DNA from: Octopus sinensis
Lineage: Eukaryota
Direction of reading: 5' to 3'
Length of the DNA stretch: 64,000 nucleotides
Assembly: GCF_006345805.1 (NCBI RefSeq)
Contig: NW_021832440.1
Location: 1 to 64,000 of the forward strand
Part shown: positions 39,355-52,594 of the stretch, piece after piece
How positions within the stretch are numbered: the first letter of the stretch is position 1
Layout: every line of letters begins with the position of its first letter
Program-made: the position numbers and the translations under genes
Notes under the pieces: generated by a model
Seen by the model: only the letters and a program-made list of their open reading frames with translations
What the model was told of the DNA's origin: nothing
The model's database searches: none

Positions 39355-40330
39355 TGGCATAAATTCGATTTAATTTGGAAAATTTGTGCTAAAAAATGGG
39401 CAAAAGGCGCCGATTTATTTTGACATGAGGAATAATAATGTCCCACCCTCCCGTGCTGGTGAGACCACACCCATCATGCCACAGAGACGTGTCAGTACTC
39501 ACATTGCTGACTTTATACGCACAAGGTCTCCCGATTTCGACTTGATTTGCTCAGTTCCATGCGGGGTTCTGATCTGTCCATTCAAATAATTAATTAATAG
39601 ACTTTTAAATATGCAACAAATATGGTATCAATGCCGACTTGACTCACTGGTCCCAGTCTCATCCCTCCCATCAATAAATGAATATATGATCAGCCTGGGG
39701 ATCTCCCCTCAGAAGTTTTTCGGAGTCTCCGAATGTGCAAAAATAGAACAAACCCACCCATTGAAAGCCCGACTGGAAAACATTTGCCGGACAAAATCAA
39801 TTCCCCACGTGTGTTTATATTTGGCCAACACAAAGGACATGGAGGAGGCAGTAATGGTGTGATGTGCTCATTTAAAGTCAGCTTATAGGGAAGGGGGGAC
39901 CGTACTGTGGAATGATCATCCTCAGCAGTCTCCTGTTTGAGTTCACCCCCCAATTCGTGAGGGAGTTGGTTGATTTAAAGAGGGAACACAATATCCTACT
40001 GACCGGTGTGTGGGTTGTGGACTATTCGTAGACGATTGGCGGACATTGGGCACACCAACATGCTACAATTGCAGTCTGGACCAATGAAACTGGGGGAGTG
40101 GGCAGATCTGGTCTCCTTTGTCGCCTTCCCTGGGCCAGCAGTGGTCACCCCAAGTGTTGTGTAGTTCACATGTTATGTTAGACTAATATCGGCTGTGTTT
40201 TGTACAGTGAAATGAGTGTGTCCCGACTGCAGTACCAGAAAGGTGTGTTTGTGAGTGTAATGACAGTTAATGACGAGATTGCATTGGCCAATACTGATTT
40301 GGTGGTCGGCTTCATGAGGCAAGTCGGGGA
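39355..40330 (+). pseudogene. UMPS: UMP synthase (OPRT-OMPDC) decayed copy
   Basis: FGKFVLKNGQKAPIYFDMR (OPRT N-terminus), DLICSVP and EWADLV..FPG (OMPDC); stops, shifts and missing segments. Confidence 0.7.
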
Positions 40331-41164
40331 ATATTAGATGCAACATATTTCCAGTTTTTTGTTTTTGAGGACTGGTTTGGTGTGCGGAGGTAGTTTTAGG
40401 GGTGGGGGTTGAGGATGTCTATTCTCTCAGATCAAATGAGTTTGCAGTGATTAACTTCGATTGCACTAACTTTAAATCGATTCTCAGTCATTTTGATTCA
40501 AATTAGTTTCTGTTTTTATTTTATTTTTGTACTTCGAGAATAGACTTGTTTCAATGAGTGCAATTAATTAAAAAGTCTGGCGATTATTCCATCATATTTG
40601 TAGGGTGGAGGAGTAGGCTTGAGAATATAAATAGAGTGAACAAATGTAAATTTTGTGTTATTTGAAATCGATAAATACCAGTACATTATGATAATTTTAT
40701 TCAATACTGACGATTCAAATTTTAATAGGATTGTGAATAGACCGAATTAATTTAAGGAGATTGTCTGAGTCTTATTGATGGGAATTAATACAAAAACAAC
40801 AACTATCAATAAATCCAGATTCTTTGATCGTATGGCCACCACACTGTGGATATATGCAAGACACAGACCATAAGACCCTTTATCAAAGATATGTCGCAGA
40901 CTGCCAGAAGTGTCTAGCTGTCTAAAATACCACACTAATGTCAGTTTAATGACTTGAATTATTATTTGAATATTATATAAACTTATCGATCACATTTATG
41001 AGATAATCCCGGATGTTTGAAAATAAGCTTTTACTCATTGTCAGGTCATTCAGTCACAAATAAACAAAAGGACTCTTCCCTTCATAATCGCCACTTTAGT
41101 AACACTTAACGGGCGTAACAAAAACTGGTTTAAACGCGTTGCGGCGTTTTCCGACTATTTCTGA

Positions 41165-41788
41165 ATGAAAAATTATTTCTTGACTCCCTATTGGCAATCT
41201 CTGGACATCAACAACGAAGAACTGTCAATAATTGAACGGGATACTAACAGGTTCCTTTCGGAAGATTCAGAAGAAGACACACGACAGCATTGTTCTGCTA
41301 GAATTGAATTCTCCTATCCAAACAATGTTTTTGAGGATTTCATGTTTGGAGGGCTTCCCACAGATGGTACACGTTTAGTTCTTAAACCTTTTCATATTAT
41401 AATTAGTCAACATTCTGTTACATTTATAGCAGTCGAGCAGTCATCCGAGGGCATATTCCACGACAATCTGTCAACCCGTCCTGACAATTCATTTTTTGAA
41501 CAAATCTCCTACTCGACTCCTCGAATGAGCCATCGGAAGTCACGTCACAATGAACGGGAGAGACAACGTCGACGAATCCTCTCAAATGGACTGGAAGCAC
41601 TAAAAAAGAAAATCCCTTCCATTGCATCACGTCACAAAGTCACCCGCCAGCAGATTTTAATAGAGGCCACTCACCTGATTGAATCAAAACAGATAGAGTG
41701 CTTCCTCAAACATAAAGCAATCCCCGACTTAATTAGAAGCTGTAAACAGCGTATTGCCTATATATCTGATTACTTAAATAAAGTGTGA
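41165..41788 (+). CDS. bHLH transcription factor, Myc-like
   Basis: HNERERQRRRILSNGLEALKKKIP..KVTRQQILIEATHLI; upstream EDFMFGG resembles Myc box II. Possible in-frame intron near 41366-41428. Confidence 0.8.
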   Translation: MKNYFLTPYWQSLDINNEELSIIERDTNRFLSEDSEEDTRQHCSARIEFSYPNNVFEDFMFGGLPTDGTRLVLKPFHIIISQHSVTFIAVEQSSEGIFHDNLSTRPDNSFFEQISYSTPRMSHRKSRHNERERQRRRILSNGLEALKKKIPSIASRHKVTRQQILIEATHLIESKQIECFLKHKAIPDLIRSCKQRIAYISDYLNKV

Positions 41789-41830
41789 ATATCTCTTGAT
41801 AATAAGAGTACATATTGAGAACAGTCCAAG

Positions 41831-42854
41831 TCAACAAAGGGGAGAGTAGTCGGAGTAGGAAAAGTACTTCTCAATATTTAGAGAGAGGAATCTAAATGGA
41901 AAAGATGGACAACTCAAAGAAGGAGTGGATGTATTGAAGTAACTCCCCAATCTCCAGTCTGGAGAAGGCACTGTTCTGCAAGTATTCCCCAATCTTGACT
42001 AAACAGAATGAAAGCCAAGTGCCACCAAACAGTCGTAGGAGGTGGACAATGCCATACACCTCCACCCACCTACAATCCCCCTCCTTCTTCAGTGAGTTGA
42101 ACTGAGGTCGTTCGGATGGGTAGAGCAGTTGCTTTTCGAGTGATAAATTAAAGTAATCGACCACCCCTCCCGTGAACTCCCCCAGAAACCTAATTGTGGG
42201 ACATGGCCTGACTGGACGAAGGAAGGCTCCCGACAGGACTGTCCGTCAGTCCCCATCTTCCACCCACTAAAGTCCTTCAGAATCATCGTTATTGGACGGC
42301 ACGTCGGGATTTTGATCAGCTGAATATTACCACCTCCTTACATTCGATTTCTGTTCGATCAGGTGCCAGTCGTCCACCAACACACATTTCAGATTCTCCG
42401 GCATCCTCACCTCCGCCACAAATTCTTCTTCCGGCAAACTGACACTCTTCCTGGCCACTTTTGGAGGCTTCGAGTCGGCTGAAACCCCCTCACTCTTTCG
42501 CTTCCTCGGCTTGGAGTGTTCTTCATTGCTGCCCATTATTCAATACTAAACTATTTGGCCTCCAGAGCGTCCTTCGTGGCCAGGTTTTCGGGGGTGCAGT
42601 CCATCATTCGATCTTCCGTCACCCACTCGTCCCACCTGCCTCAATTATACCACATTCTCTGCTTTTTGTTCCACCCGTGGTAGTGCACACGGTACTGCAG
42701 CACGTCGTTCTTTACTCGACTTTGCAGGCACTGACAATTATGGGGGACATACTTTGCCGACGTACATCAAAGGGTCGTGGAAGCAAATTACTTTTTGATC
42801 TTTAATTATATTTACTAATAAAGGACTTGCAACAAATTTGGGGGTGAGGGACAT
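41831..42854 (-). CDS. MORF4L1: MRG15/MORF4L1 (chromodomain + MRG domain)
   Basis: PKFVANQKVICFHDPLMYVGK, VHYHGWNKKWDEWV, LKCVLVDDW, QLLYPSERPQF and VYGIVHLLRLF; several micro-introns. Confidence 0.92.
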
Positions 42855-42941
42855 ACCACAACAACAAAGGTTATTAATATTTTATTAAATAATAATAAAT
42901 AACCTTTTTATTAATATAATATAAATAGTATTACACAATCA

Positions 42942-43979
42942 ATGAAGAACGAGCACTACCCCCAAGTGAACAGGGAGCATTGCATATATCAGGCAGTGGA
43001 CACCACCTCGAGGACAGAAGTACCCCTCCACTAACACACAGTTGCTGAGCACCCTTCAACAGCGGTGGAAATGGATGACATCGACAGCCCAAGCCTTCTG
43101 TCTGTGCGCCAACAAATTCCCTCTTAACAACGTGAAGACCAAAATCTGTTACAACACCCTCCACTACGTGCCCTGCCAAAGTAGGCCAATCCCCCCACCC
43201 CCAGCGGACGAGGGGAACATGTACTGCGAGGGGGACTCCTCTTCGTGGTGTCGGGTGGCCTACAACGAGTTTGACCGGAACATTGCCACTTTGAACATGA
43301 TTCACTCCCCCAACCTGGTCCTCACCGGAATAGGCAATTCGGCCAACTTTGAGGGGACCACGAGACTGTCCATCAGTTCGTTTCCCGGTCAGAGACTGCC
43401 CATCATCAAAAAAATCTGCAAGGACTTCCACCAAGGTAGTGTCCTCACCATGGAAGGGGTCCGCATATACAACGACAATGATCAGGTCTACTTGCAGAAC
43501 TGTGCCGCCTTCCCTGTCTTCCTACACTCCCTCGATTACAACCAGTCCTCGGGCAGGGAACCACACTCCGTCGTCCGTATCCAGGGATTTGAGCAGGTCG
43601 TCCCCATTTTTGACATCCACGTGGGCAGTCTAGTCTATGTTAGCACTTCAGGCGGGTATTGGAGACCAAAGTGGACAACAGGGGACTCCAGGAAGTGACG
43701 GGATACTCCACCATCAACATATCCATGGCTAAGGGCTTTGGGAATTCGTATTACAGCATCCCCATTACTTCCATTCCCTGCTGGTTCTCCATCGACCTCA
43801 CTGCACCGAGGGTCCACCTTGACTACCTCCTCCGAATACACAGACCCACTTTGGAGACGCTTCCGGCAGCAGATAAACATTTGCTTACTTTGATTATTAC
43901 ATTTTTAATTGGCCTGTCTTTGACAACTTGTCTCCGTGAGGTGTCTCCAACTCATTTCCTGGGTCTTAGAATGACTTGA
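42942..43979 (+). CDS. Divergent Smad-family protein (reduced MH1 + MH2)
   Basis: WCRVAYNE, VYLQNC..PVFLHS and INISMAKGFG..Y....ITSIPCWFSI. Introns at 43020-43041 (22 nt) and 43621-43643 (23 nt). The 3' end is uncertain. Confidence 0.88.
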
Positions 43980-44379
43980 GGACAAGACCGAGTACCACTC
44001 GAGGAATGTTCTGCCAGAGATATGAGTGGTCAGGTTTGTAAAAGGGTTGAAAGCGTCTAACTAGAACAAAGTGTGATCGTGGCAGTGAATAGACGATACC
44101 GTGAGTGCTCAATATTTATACAGATATCCTTCATCCGACAAGTCCATGCTATGACAAAAATTTGCCTGAAAAAGAAACGACCACGGAGAATCCTCGTACA
44201 GATTGCACGGAATATTTCCCGTAAGCTCGAAGGGGACAGTCGTGAGGAGGTTGAATGTCTCATCCACGACTAGATTTTCTTGTAGAACAAAATAATATGA
44301 TGAAATGGTAGCTCCAACATTAGATGAAACATCTTGAAACGCCTAATCAAAAATATTTGTGAAAAGTTTGGAGAGACCA

Positions 44380-45260
44380 AACAGGGAGATTAGGCGAATT
44401 ATTTAGTCCTGCATTGACGTTCGCTATTTATTTAACCCCATTCCACCCTGAATTGGGAGGAAATGCGGCATGAAGAAAACAAACAGACCTCTTAGGGTCA
44501 CACAACAAGTCAAGGAGTTATCTTGTATGATTTTCTCAAGGCGGCAAGGTTTTTGCATTCGAGAAGAAGATGACTTATTGTGTATCGTCCGTCAAAGCAG
44601 ATTAAACAGGTCCGATCAATATCTTTTTCCAGTTTGTTTTGGTAGTCGAGGGATAAAGGATGATGACCAAAGCAAAATCTTGCAAGTTCGGCCCGATTTC
44701 TGAGGCAACAATGAGGCAACACTTTCTCTGATCGATGAGAAGCAGCCAATGTTGGAAAGACAGGGGACACAAGTCAAGTCTCTGGCGAGGGTATACAAGC
44801 TTTGACTCTCAGGTCTTCTCATTAACTCGAAGAAAGACAAGAAGTGTTAGTTGATAAAACGAATGTCCAGGAATGTTAGATTATATGTCGTAGTAATAAT
44901 CGCAGAAGTAAAGCCACTTAAGAGTGGAGGCGGGAATGTCCCGACTACCAAATATAAACAAATTAAGTACGAGTTCATTATGCAGTTGATTCGACTTATT
45001 TCATCCACCCAAAAGAGTAACATAATTTCATTGCAAATTCTGAACAAGTCGGCCTAGACATGCCTGAAATATATCTACCAAAGAGTGGGGAGAATGTTGT
45101 ATTCGTCTGTCTCAGTGGCATGCATCTCGAATCCAAGAGAAGTAGATAGAATATAGTCATTTCCATTGTATCCTTTCAGATCATCGTGTCGGATTGAAAC
45201 AATACGAAAAATGTCCTGATTTCTTCCCGTGATAATAATATCTCAAAGCCTCATGAGAGT
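44380..45260 (-). mobile_element. LINE 3' remnant (I/Jockey-like)
   Basis: LARFCFGHHPL..CLIC..TISHLLLEC CCHC tail. Confidence 0.55.
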
Positions 45261-46169
45261 CGTCGCCGAAGCCAGGGTTTGGACCATAAATGAATTTGCG
45301 GTTTATTCTATTCGCTCTAAAAGTGACTTTTTAAAACAAACATTCTGTTAATGAAATGAAAAAAATCAACGGACGGAAATTTTGGCTTTTTCACGTAAAA
45401 ATATTTGTCCGAAATTATTTGTTCTAACTCGTCTATTAGTTTCAATAAGAAAGTGATGGATTTATTTATTCGATAGTTGAGTCGTCAGAATTAGACAAGT
45501 GAAATATAAAATGAGACCCATATAGTCATTCTACGCGAAAACTGATTTATAAATTCGAATAATATTCTTGGAAGGTAGCGCAGTTGAAAATTTGACAATT
45601 AAATAGGTCAGTGTTAAGAAAAGAAAACCGTGCAATGCAAACCAGGCAGTAGAAAAAAATGGCTCAAACTTGTCACTCCGTCAGTCTAAAACAATCTCTA
45701 TTCAGTTTTACAAAAAACGACATAGAAGACTTGTATGTTAAAATAGAAAGAGACTAATAAGAGACTAACTAAAAAGCCCATCGTGGCAAATCAAACCAGG
45801 AAAGAACTCGACCATTGAGAAAGCTTCCAATCTTTACTGGAAAAGTCGTTCTGCGTCCCTCAGTGCTGCATAAGTATCTCTTTATTAGTAGAAAATAACA
45901 TCGTTATTAGAAGGAGTATTATCAGATGTCACTTTGAGGGATTGTGCTGCTTACTATTGCACAGTGATCGCTTCTTCGTCCCCGAGGGTTGTTGTGTGAG
46001 TTCGTTAGACGTATTGTGTGGATAAATCAATAGTCATTTAAATGACATGACTTGTACAAACACAAATGACCTCTAATGACAAATACCAGTGTCTAACACA
46101 CTAATCTTTTATTCGGTATATTCTTTAGTTACACTATTGGGCGAATCATGACAGGTTATCAAACGAGAA

Positions 46170-46790
46170 CAGAGAAAGACAATTATGAATTAAATTAAAA
46201 AATTTTATTAATTCGATATCGGAATATCAATCGGAGAAAATTCCGACGTTATTTATGAATGAAACAAATCTCAACCTGACATATCCCCTAAAAAAGGTCG
46301 TTTAGAAAAGAAACAAGAGCTTATGTCGTTGTAACATGTTTATGAGGTGCCAAAGTATATTTCATTGGTTGTATCGGTTCTCTTGGATTATTGCATTATG
46401 AATTGAAACTGGATCCTTTAATAAAGAATCTACCTATGATTGGGTGAGAATTTGTCTACGAAAAGCAAGGAAAGCTTACAATTTTCCAGTAGTGATAGTA
46501 ATAGACAATGCTCCATGCCATTCAGGAATTGAATAAATTGTCAGAAGTAAGGAATTCATCGGAAATAAAATTTTAAGATTGGGTCCCTATAGCTCTATGC
46601 TCAATCTAATTAAGAATATTTGGTGAGTATTCAAAGCTGATATAAAAAGACACACCGCAGCAGACATGAAAAATATTTTGAATAGTGTTATGTATAATCA
46701 CACTATCTCTATGGAACAACGTAATTGCTACAATTCAAAAGTTGATTCCATCAATGTTAAATAATGATGACATGGTTTATTAAATAATTT
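46170..46790 (+). mobile_element. Tc1/IS630-like DDE transposase remnant
   Basis: IVIDNAPCH...LGPYSSMLNLIKNIW motif. Confidence 0.7.
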
Positions 46791-47289
46791 TATTGTTCCA
46801 TTTTGCTTTTGCAAAGACCAACTTTGCTCTTGTCAAATTTATTTGGAATAATTTTCAGATCTTTGACGACTTTCCAATTGATTATTTCAGGTCGTTTGAA
46901 CCACTTTTTAACTTGTCTTTAACATCTTATTTTTTATTCTACTAGTTTAACCAGTTGTAATAATTTTGTCTCATTCATTCAAATTCGAAAAGTTTTTAAG
47001 TATGTTAATTTTCTCGACATTTGTATAATAAAAACAAAAAACGGGCATTTTATTGTCGCCACTAAATAGAGCTCGCACTTACGCCAGTTCTAAAATTTTC
47101 CTATTGATAAACATCACATAGAATAAAAACCTCGACAGATCTAACGAAAAATGCTGATTTTTATAATAATTAGGTCATCAAAAAATAAATACCCTAAAAA
47201 ATTTGATAATTCTGATTAGTTTGGTGGTTGGCTTATTTGAAAATAAAAAAACTTGAATAAAATAAATGAATTATTAAATGAATAAAGTA

Positions 47290-48073
47290 AATTTTTATTG
47301 GTGCTTAAGTCATGTCTCCAATAAAAGGATCCACATAATTACTAGACACCTAAATTGTGTCAGAGACAATTTTCAACATTTAACTGTCTTTCTATTTCAT
47401 CGAATTGAAGTTTTGTTGTCTGTACTACAAATGAATTTTATAACACTTTTACAATTCGTGTCTATTCCTATTGGACAGGTTTCGTTTGTATAATTATTCC
47501 AATTATAAACGTGATAGGGTATAACCGAGTTGTCCATCAAATTGTTACTTGGATTGGGGGAAATATAGGCCTCCTGCATTGGGTAAAAAGATGGTTGCCA
47601 CATGCACTGATTGTATCTCGTATCAAAATTCTAATAAATATTAAAATACTTGAAGATGTGGATGGAAGGCATCTCTCATTTTCTTGTGCCCATCTCATCT
47701 GATTTTTGTATTCACAATCGTCACTAGAAATTTCATGTCTGACCTAGTTAAGCTTTCCTAACCTATATTTAGAATAGTCTAGTTGATTGGGCAAAAAAAA
47801 GTCGAGGTTGTAGGGTCCAACTGAGTGGTAGTAATCCGAGTAGTAATTGGAAGGGGGATTGACCCTTCTCCGTTCCTGAAATGCGTACCGATTCTCGGCA
47901 GTACAGTTCATGTGTATTTTTTGAGGTTCTTGAAACAGAGATTGAGGTAAATTCCGAGACCTTAACGGGACATGGTTTTTAATTTTGGTGAAGGATATTT
48001 GAAGAGATGAATAAAATTTATTGCAAACTGATTCGGGTGAGTTTGGATCTTGGGTTTTGTCTTCGTTACTCAT
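47290..48073 (-). CDS. Unknown protein (N/S/P/Y-rich), probably spliced
   Basis: ATG ORF 47744-48073 with downstream open frames separated by gt..ag micro-gaps; no family recognised. Confidence 0.4.
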
Positions 48074-48149
48074 ATCAGTTTATAATAAAACAAATAAATT
48101 AGTCTATTTTATTGTATTTTAGGTTAACCAATCAAAAAAAAACTTGTGT

Positions 48150-49200
48150 AATTTAAAAATTAACTAAGTAAATAAATACTTGTACGGGACAGTAGGACAT
48201 CGCCATACATATTATTACTATACAGATATTATTCCACGATTAGGAATAAAATCTACGTCATCTGCGTATGCCACCAAATTAATCCTTCCATTATATTATG
48301 TGTATAAGAGCTGTTTTTCTGCTGCTCCCCGTATTAATTTTTGCATTTGCTTCCAGAGTTTGGGGATTGGTGTATTTGTTTCTATATTTCTCAGATACGT
48401 ATCAAGGAATTTCCCGTAATTATCCCCTGTTTGTTGCAATGACACTCCATTTAGGTTGAGTTTTCTCCTCCTGTGAATAACATGTACCCCTTTGGTATTA
48501 GTTTTGTTCCTGATTAGATGTTTATTCAATGACATTCTGACGATGACCATTTTGTGGTCACTGTCGATAATTGACCCTTCATATGATCTTGCGTCGGTGA
48601 AAAATGTTTTTTTCAGCTCGACAGATTATGTAATCAATCTGTTTGTAAATATTTATAAATTCTCCACCCGATTCTTTATACATCCTGTCTATGTAGTTTT
48701 ATGTCTTGCATAGTGTATAAATACGGTGTTACATATGAACAATCTGCCTGCCTGACAAAAACTGACAAGCAATGTTTCTGCAAAGTTCCTTATTCCTCTT
48801 CTGTGTTTTTTATAAAGGTTTCATTCGGGTTTCTTTTTATTCCCACTTAGCGTTAAGGTCACCAGCGATTACAGTTAGAATTGATTCATATAAACAAGTG
48901 AAAAAGTTCAGAATAAACTTCAGAGAGACAGGAGTAGAACAGGTCTATCTCAATAGAGTCTTTTTCAATCAATGGATAGCAAGCTTTTAGATGGGTAAAG
49001 CTTGTTCATGCTAATCTGAAGTACGCAAATCCGATCATTTATACTCCAAAAACGGTGAATCATCGGTCTCAATTTCTTCTTTATCATAAATCCTTGCCCA
49101 AAGTGTCTGCATTCGCTATCGAATGAGATGAAATAATAGCTCAATAGTTTCCCTTCTAGTCCATAATGCAGTTTTGTTTCTAAAAGCATTCAATTGTAAC
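48150..49200 (-). mobile_element. RTE-like LINE endonuclease remnant
   Basis: IAGDLNA, QIDY and SDHKMV APE motifs. Confidence 0.7.
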
Positions 49201-51092
49201 TTTGTATTTTTTTAGATCTTTGAACAGTGTTGTTCTTTTCCATGATTAGTAGGACATCGCCATACATCTGACATTAAATGAAAGTAGCGAGAATGTTGTA
49301 TCGGTGAGTTTTCTGCCACGTCTCCAGCATGAATTGTTAATAGCGGCATTATACTAAAATTTGTCTTATATTTCAAATCCATGTCAATAAATTGATGATA
49401 TTTTGATGGCAGTGATAATTTCTCTTTTGTTTGAAATAATAAATAACCATTTTCTTTTTTTGCATCTGACTGCATTTCTTAAGTATTAAATTAACAGAAT
49501 TCACTTTTTTCTCTAGGTTCCGGACATTTTTGTAAAATTTTTGCTAAAAATAACTTTTATTTCAATAAGTTAAACAGTTTCTAACTTTAAAATATTCCTA
49601 TTATTTTCATCCAATTCGCTGCGGCTGCTTTTTTGATATCAGTTTACAATTTTATTGTTAACAAAATGGTTATGTGAATTGCTATTATTTTCATATACAT
49701 AATACTTTCTTTTTGTAATTGATCACGCAAGCTTATTGAAAAATTTCAAAACATTTTATATTTAAAAATGCAAAATTTAATAAGTTAAAACGATTTTACA
49801 GCAAGAAAATTTTCCTGCAACTTCAAACACATGCTCCAGAATGCTGGACATAATTTCCAAAAATAAATTTTACGATCGTTGCCAAATGTTTTTTTCCTTT
49901 AATGAGCCTTAGAACTCCAGCGCTTCTAAAGTAATATCAAAGAGATCGGAGTATTATTTCATCATGCAAGTAATTCAGATTAACAAAAACTATTTGAAAA
50001 TGAAAAAGTAAATTTTTAAAAGAAAAAGGACATTTTTTTCCTTATATGTCCCGGCACGAGAGCCATTTCTTAGAGTTTGAGTTTTTGGTTCTGAGTTTTT
50101 GAGGCCGGTAGCTATAAGCCAACCGGCCGGTTTTTTACGACACCCATAGTAATATAAAAAAGGTGTTTTAATGTGCGTAAAGCTTCAAAATAAGTGTTCA
50201 AAAAATCATCAAAAATAAAAAAACGAAGATTTAGAATTGATTCATTTTATTAAATATTGAAAACTCGAATGACCTCGAAAATAGTCGAATTCAACTTTGC
50301 CTGAAAAATAAACCACCTGAGTATTTTTGAAAAAATCCCTTTTAAATTTAAACGAGTATTTTTGAATACTATTGGCTCATCACCTCAGCCTAGTTCAAAA
50401 GAATAGAATCTTTACAAATATTACTATAAAACAAATCTTTACTATGACATGAAGAAACAAATAGATACCTTTATGTTAAACATTTAGGCTGGTTGATCAT
50501 AATTAGGGTAAACTAAATAGAAAAGTTAAAATTTGATGATAGTATATTAATTCGCGAGGCTGATCCAACGTCTCGTAAAATTTTGAATCCAAAGTGAAAA
50601 TTTCTGAAAGCAAAATAAAAAAGGTGTAGTTTTCTCTTTCGTTTTATTTAACAATTTTTTTATAAAAAATATTTAAAAAAGGTACTTGTGCATTTCATGC
50701 ATCACGAAATAAGACTCTAAAGAGCTACGCAAACGGCTCAACCAAAGAAAGTTATCTGATTGCGGGGTCAAAAATACTCGACGGGGACCATATATATTTG
50801 GACATATCCTGAAAATGGATTCTGTCGCTCTTTCAAAAAACATAATCACGTTAAAGAAATTAAAACAATTTTTAAATAAATTATACATTCATATTAAATA
50901 ATCACAAATTAACACTTAAAACAAATCCGGACAGGACGCCGTTTGATAAAAGGCGATGAAAAATGCCGAAAATGCAGATATTTCAGAAAATTCACGCAAT
51001 TGATCTTTGAAATTGATTCCCGTAAATTATTTTATTAATTTAAATTTCATTTTAATTAATAAAATATAAAATGTTATTAAATAAAACGTCTA

Positions 51093-52465
51093 ATGGAACG
51101 GTACTATGTTAATCCCTACCCAGATTTTAAATTCAATTGGGAAAATCACTACAAATATCCACTTGTATACCTAAAATAATATTTAACTAGTCTGATGATC
51201 TAAAAGGCAAAATAAGTGACTACATCAATACAATTATTTCTATGATCTCCAATAGGAAAAAGTCACAAGAAGACGGTTCAGTATATTCTGGCACAGGAGG
51301 CATGGAATTTCTTTTTAAAAAATAGGAATCGCCTTCCTTTACTTCCAAATGTTTGCAAAAACGAACAATCCGGCATATCTGTCATCAGCAAAGTTTGAAT
51401 TAGAAAATTCGAGACCAGTCCGGCACACAAAGTCATTTCTCTGTGGACAGACAGGATTACTTACACTGAGAGCCCTAATCGAGAATTGTTATGGAAATGT
51501 GGTTCTCCGCGATTCTGCAATTTCCTCGTATTTATTTTAGTCTACATCAGCATAATTGCCTTCTCCGAAAACGTGGAGGAAAGTACTTTTCAAGACCAGG
51601 AAGTTCTATACGGGTGGGCAGGATATCTCTACGCCCTGCTACTCCTCAACAAACACATTCATTCATCGTCCGAGGCCATCTCTCCGATTTTAAACAAAGT
51701 TGTAAGACACGTCGTCTTCACAGGACGGGAATATTCGCGACAGTGTAATAGCCCTGTTGAATTGATGTTTTCGTGGCATAAACAATATTTGGGGGCTGCC
51801 CACGGAGTCTCGGGCATTCTAACTGTGCTCATTCAGGCAATCCTGGTCAAATCGTGGTTTTTAATGTCAGAGTGGACTCTTATGTCCTAAACTCGAGGCA
51901 GAGATAATCCCCGTGATTGTTTCTTCTGTCAATCAGTTGATGGCAATGAACTTTCCTTCGGGTAATTCTCCGTCTTCTGTGGGGTCCCAGTCAGACAGAC
52001 TCGTTCAATGGTGCCACGGTGCTCCGGGAAACATATACACATACTTAGCTGCCTATCAAGTTAGAGAAGATGAGTCATTTGTTAGCTCACAGGACACGAA
52101 AAGTACATCAAGGCGGCCGAAGAGTACTGCGACGTTATTTGGGAACGGGGAATACTCAGGAAAGGGCCTGGCCTGTGCCACGGAATTTTGGGAAATGCTT
52201 ATGCCTTTTTATCGACGTATAAAACAACTTGCAATTCTCTTTTCTTTTACAGAGCTTTGAAGGTTGGTAGAATTTGGCATTTCAGTTTACTGAATTTGTG
52301 ATTGATCGGTCTATTTATGACTTTCCTTCACCGGATAGACCATTTTCTCTGTTTGAGGGTTATTCTTTTGTATAATTTTAAGGGATGTCCGGCGTTGTTT
52401 TTTATATGAATGATTTTTTGTATGGAGAGGAGGTCTTATTTCCAGGACTGATGGTTTCTTTGTGA
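51093..52465 (+). CDS. LANCL: LanC-like protein (LANCL1/2)
   Basis: MERYYVNPY, VYSGTGG, SFLCG, EVLYGWAGYL, YLGAAHG, QWCHGAPG, GLCHG and PDRPFSLFEG; many micro-introns. Confidence 0.93.
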
Positions 52466-52594
52466 CATAATTGTTTTGAATCATTAAAAAATGTTATATT
52501 TACAATGTTGATTAAAAGATTATTTTTAAGATAATTTTCGGTCAATGTGAATATTAGAAAATATATTTTATTGATCACACAGTAAATACATTAT

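Noticed and set aside
51093-52465. Lanthipeptide biosynthesis cluster or bacterial HGT
   Set aside because: The gene is an intron-containing eukaryotic LANCL; there is no precursor peptide, dehydratase or transporter nearby.
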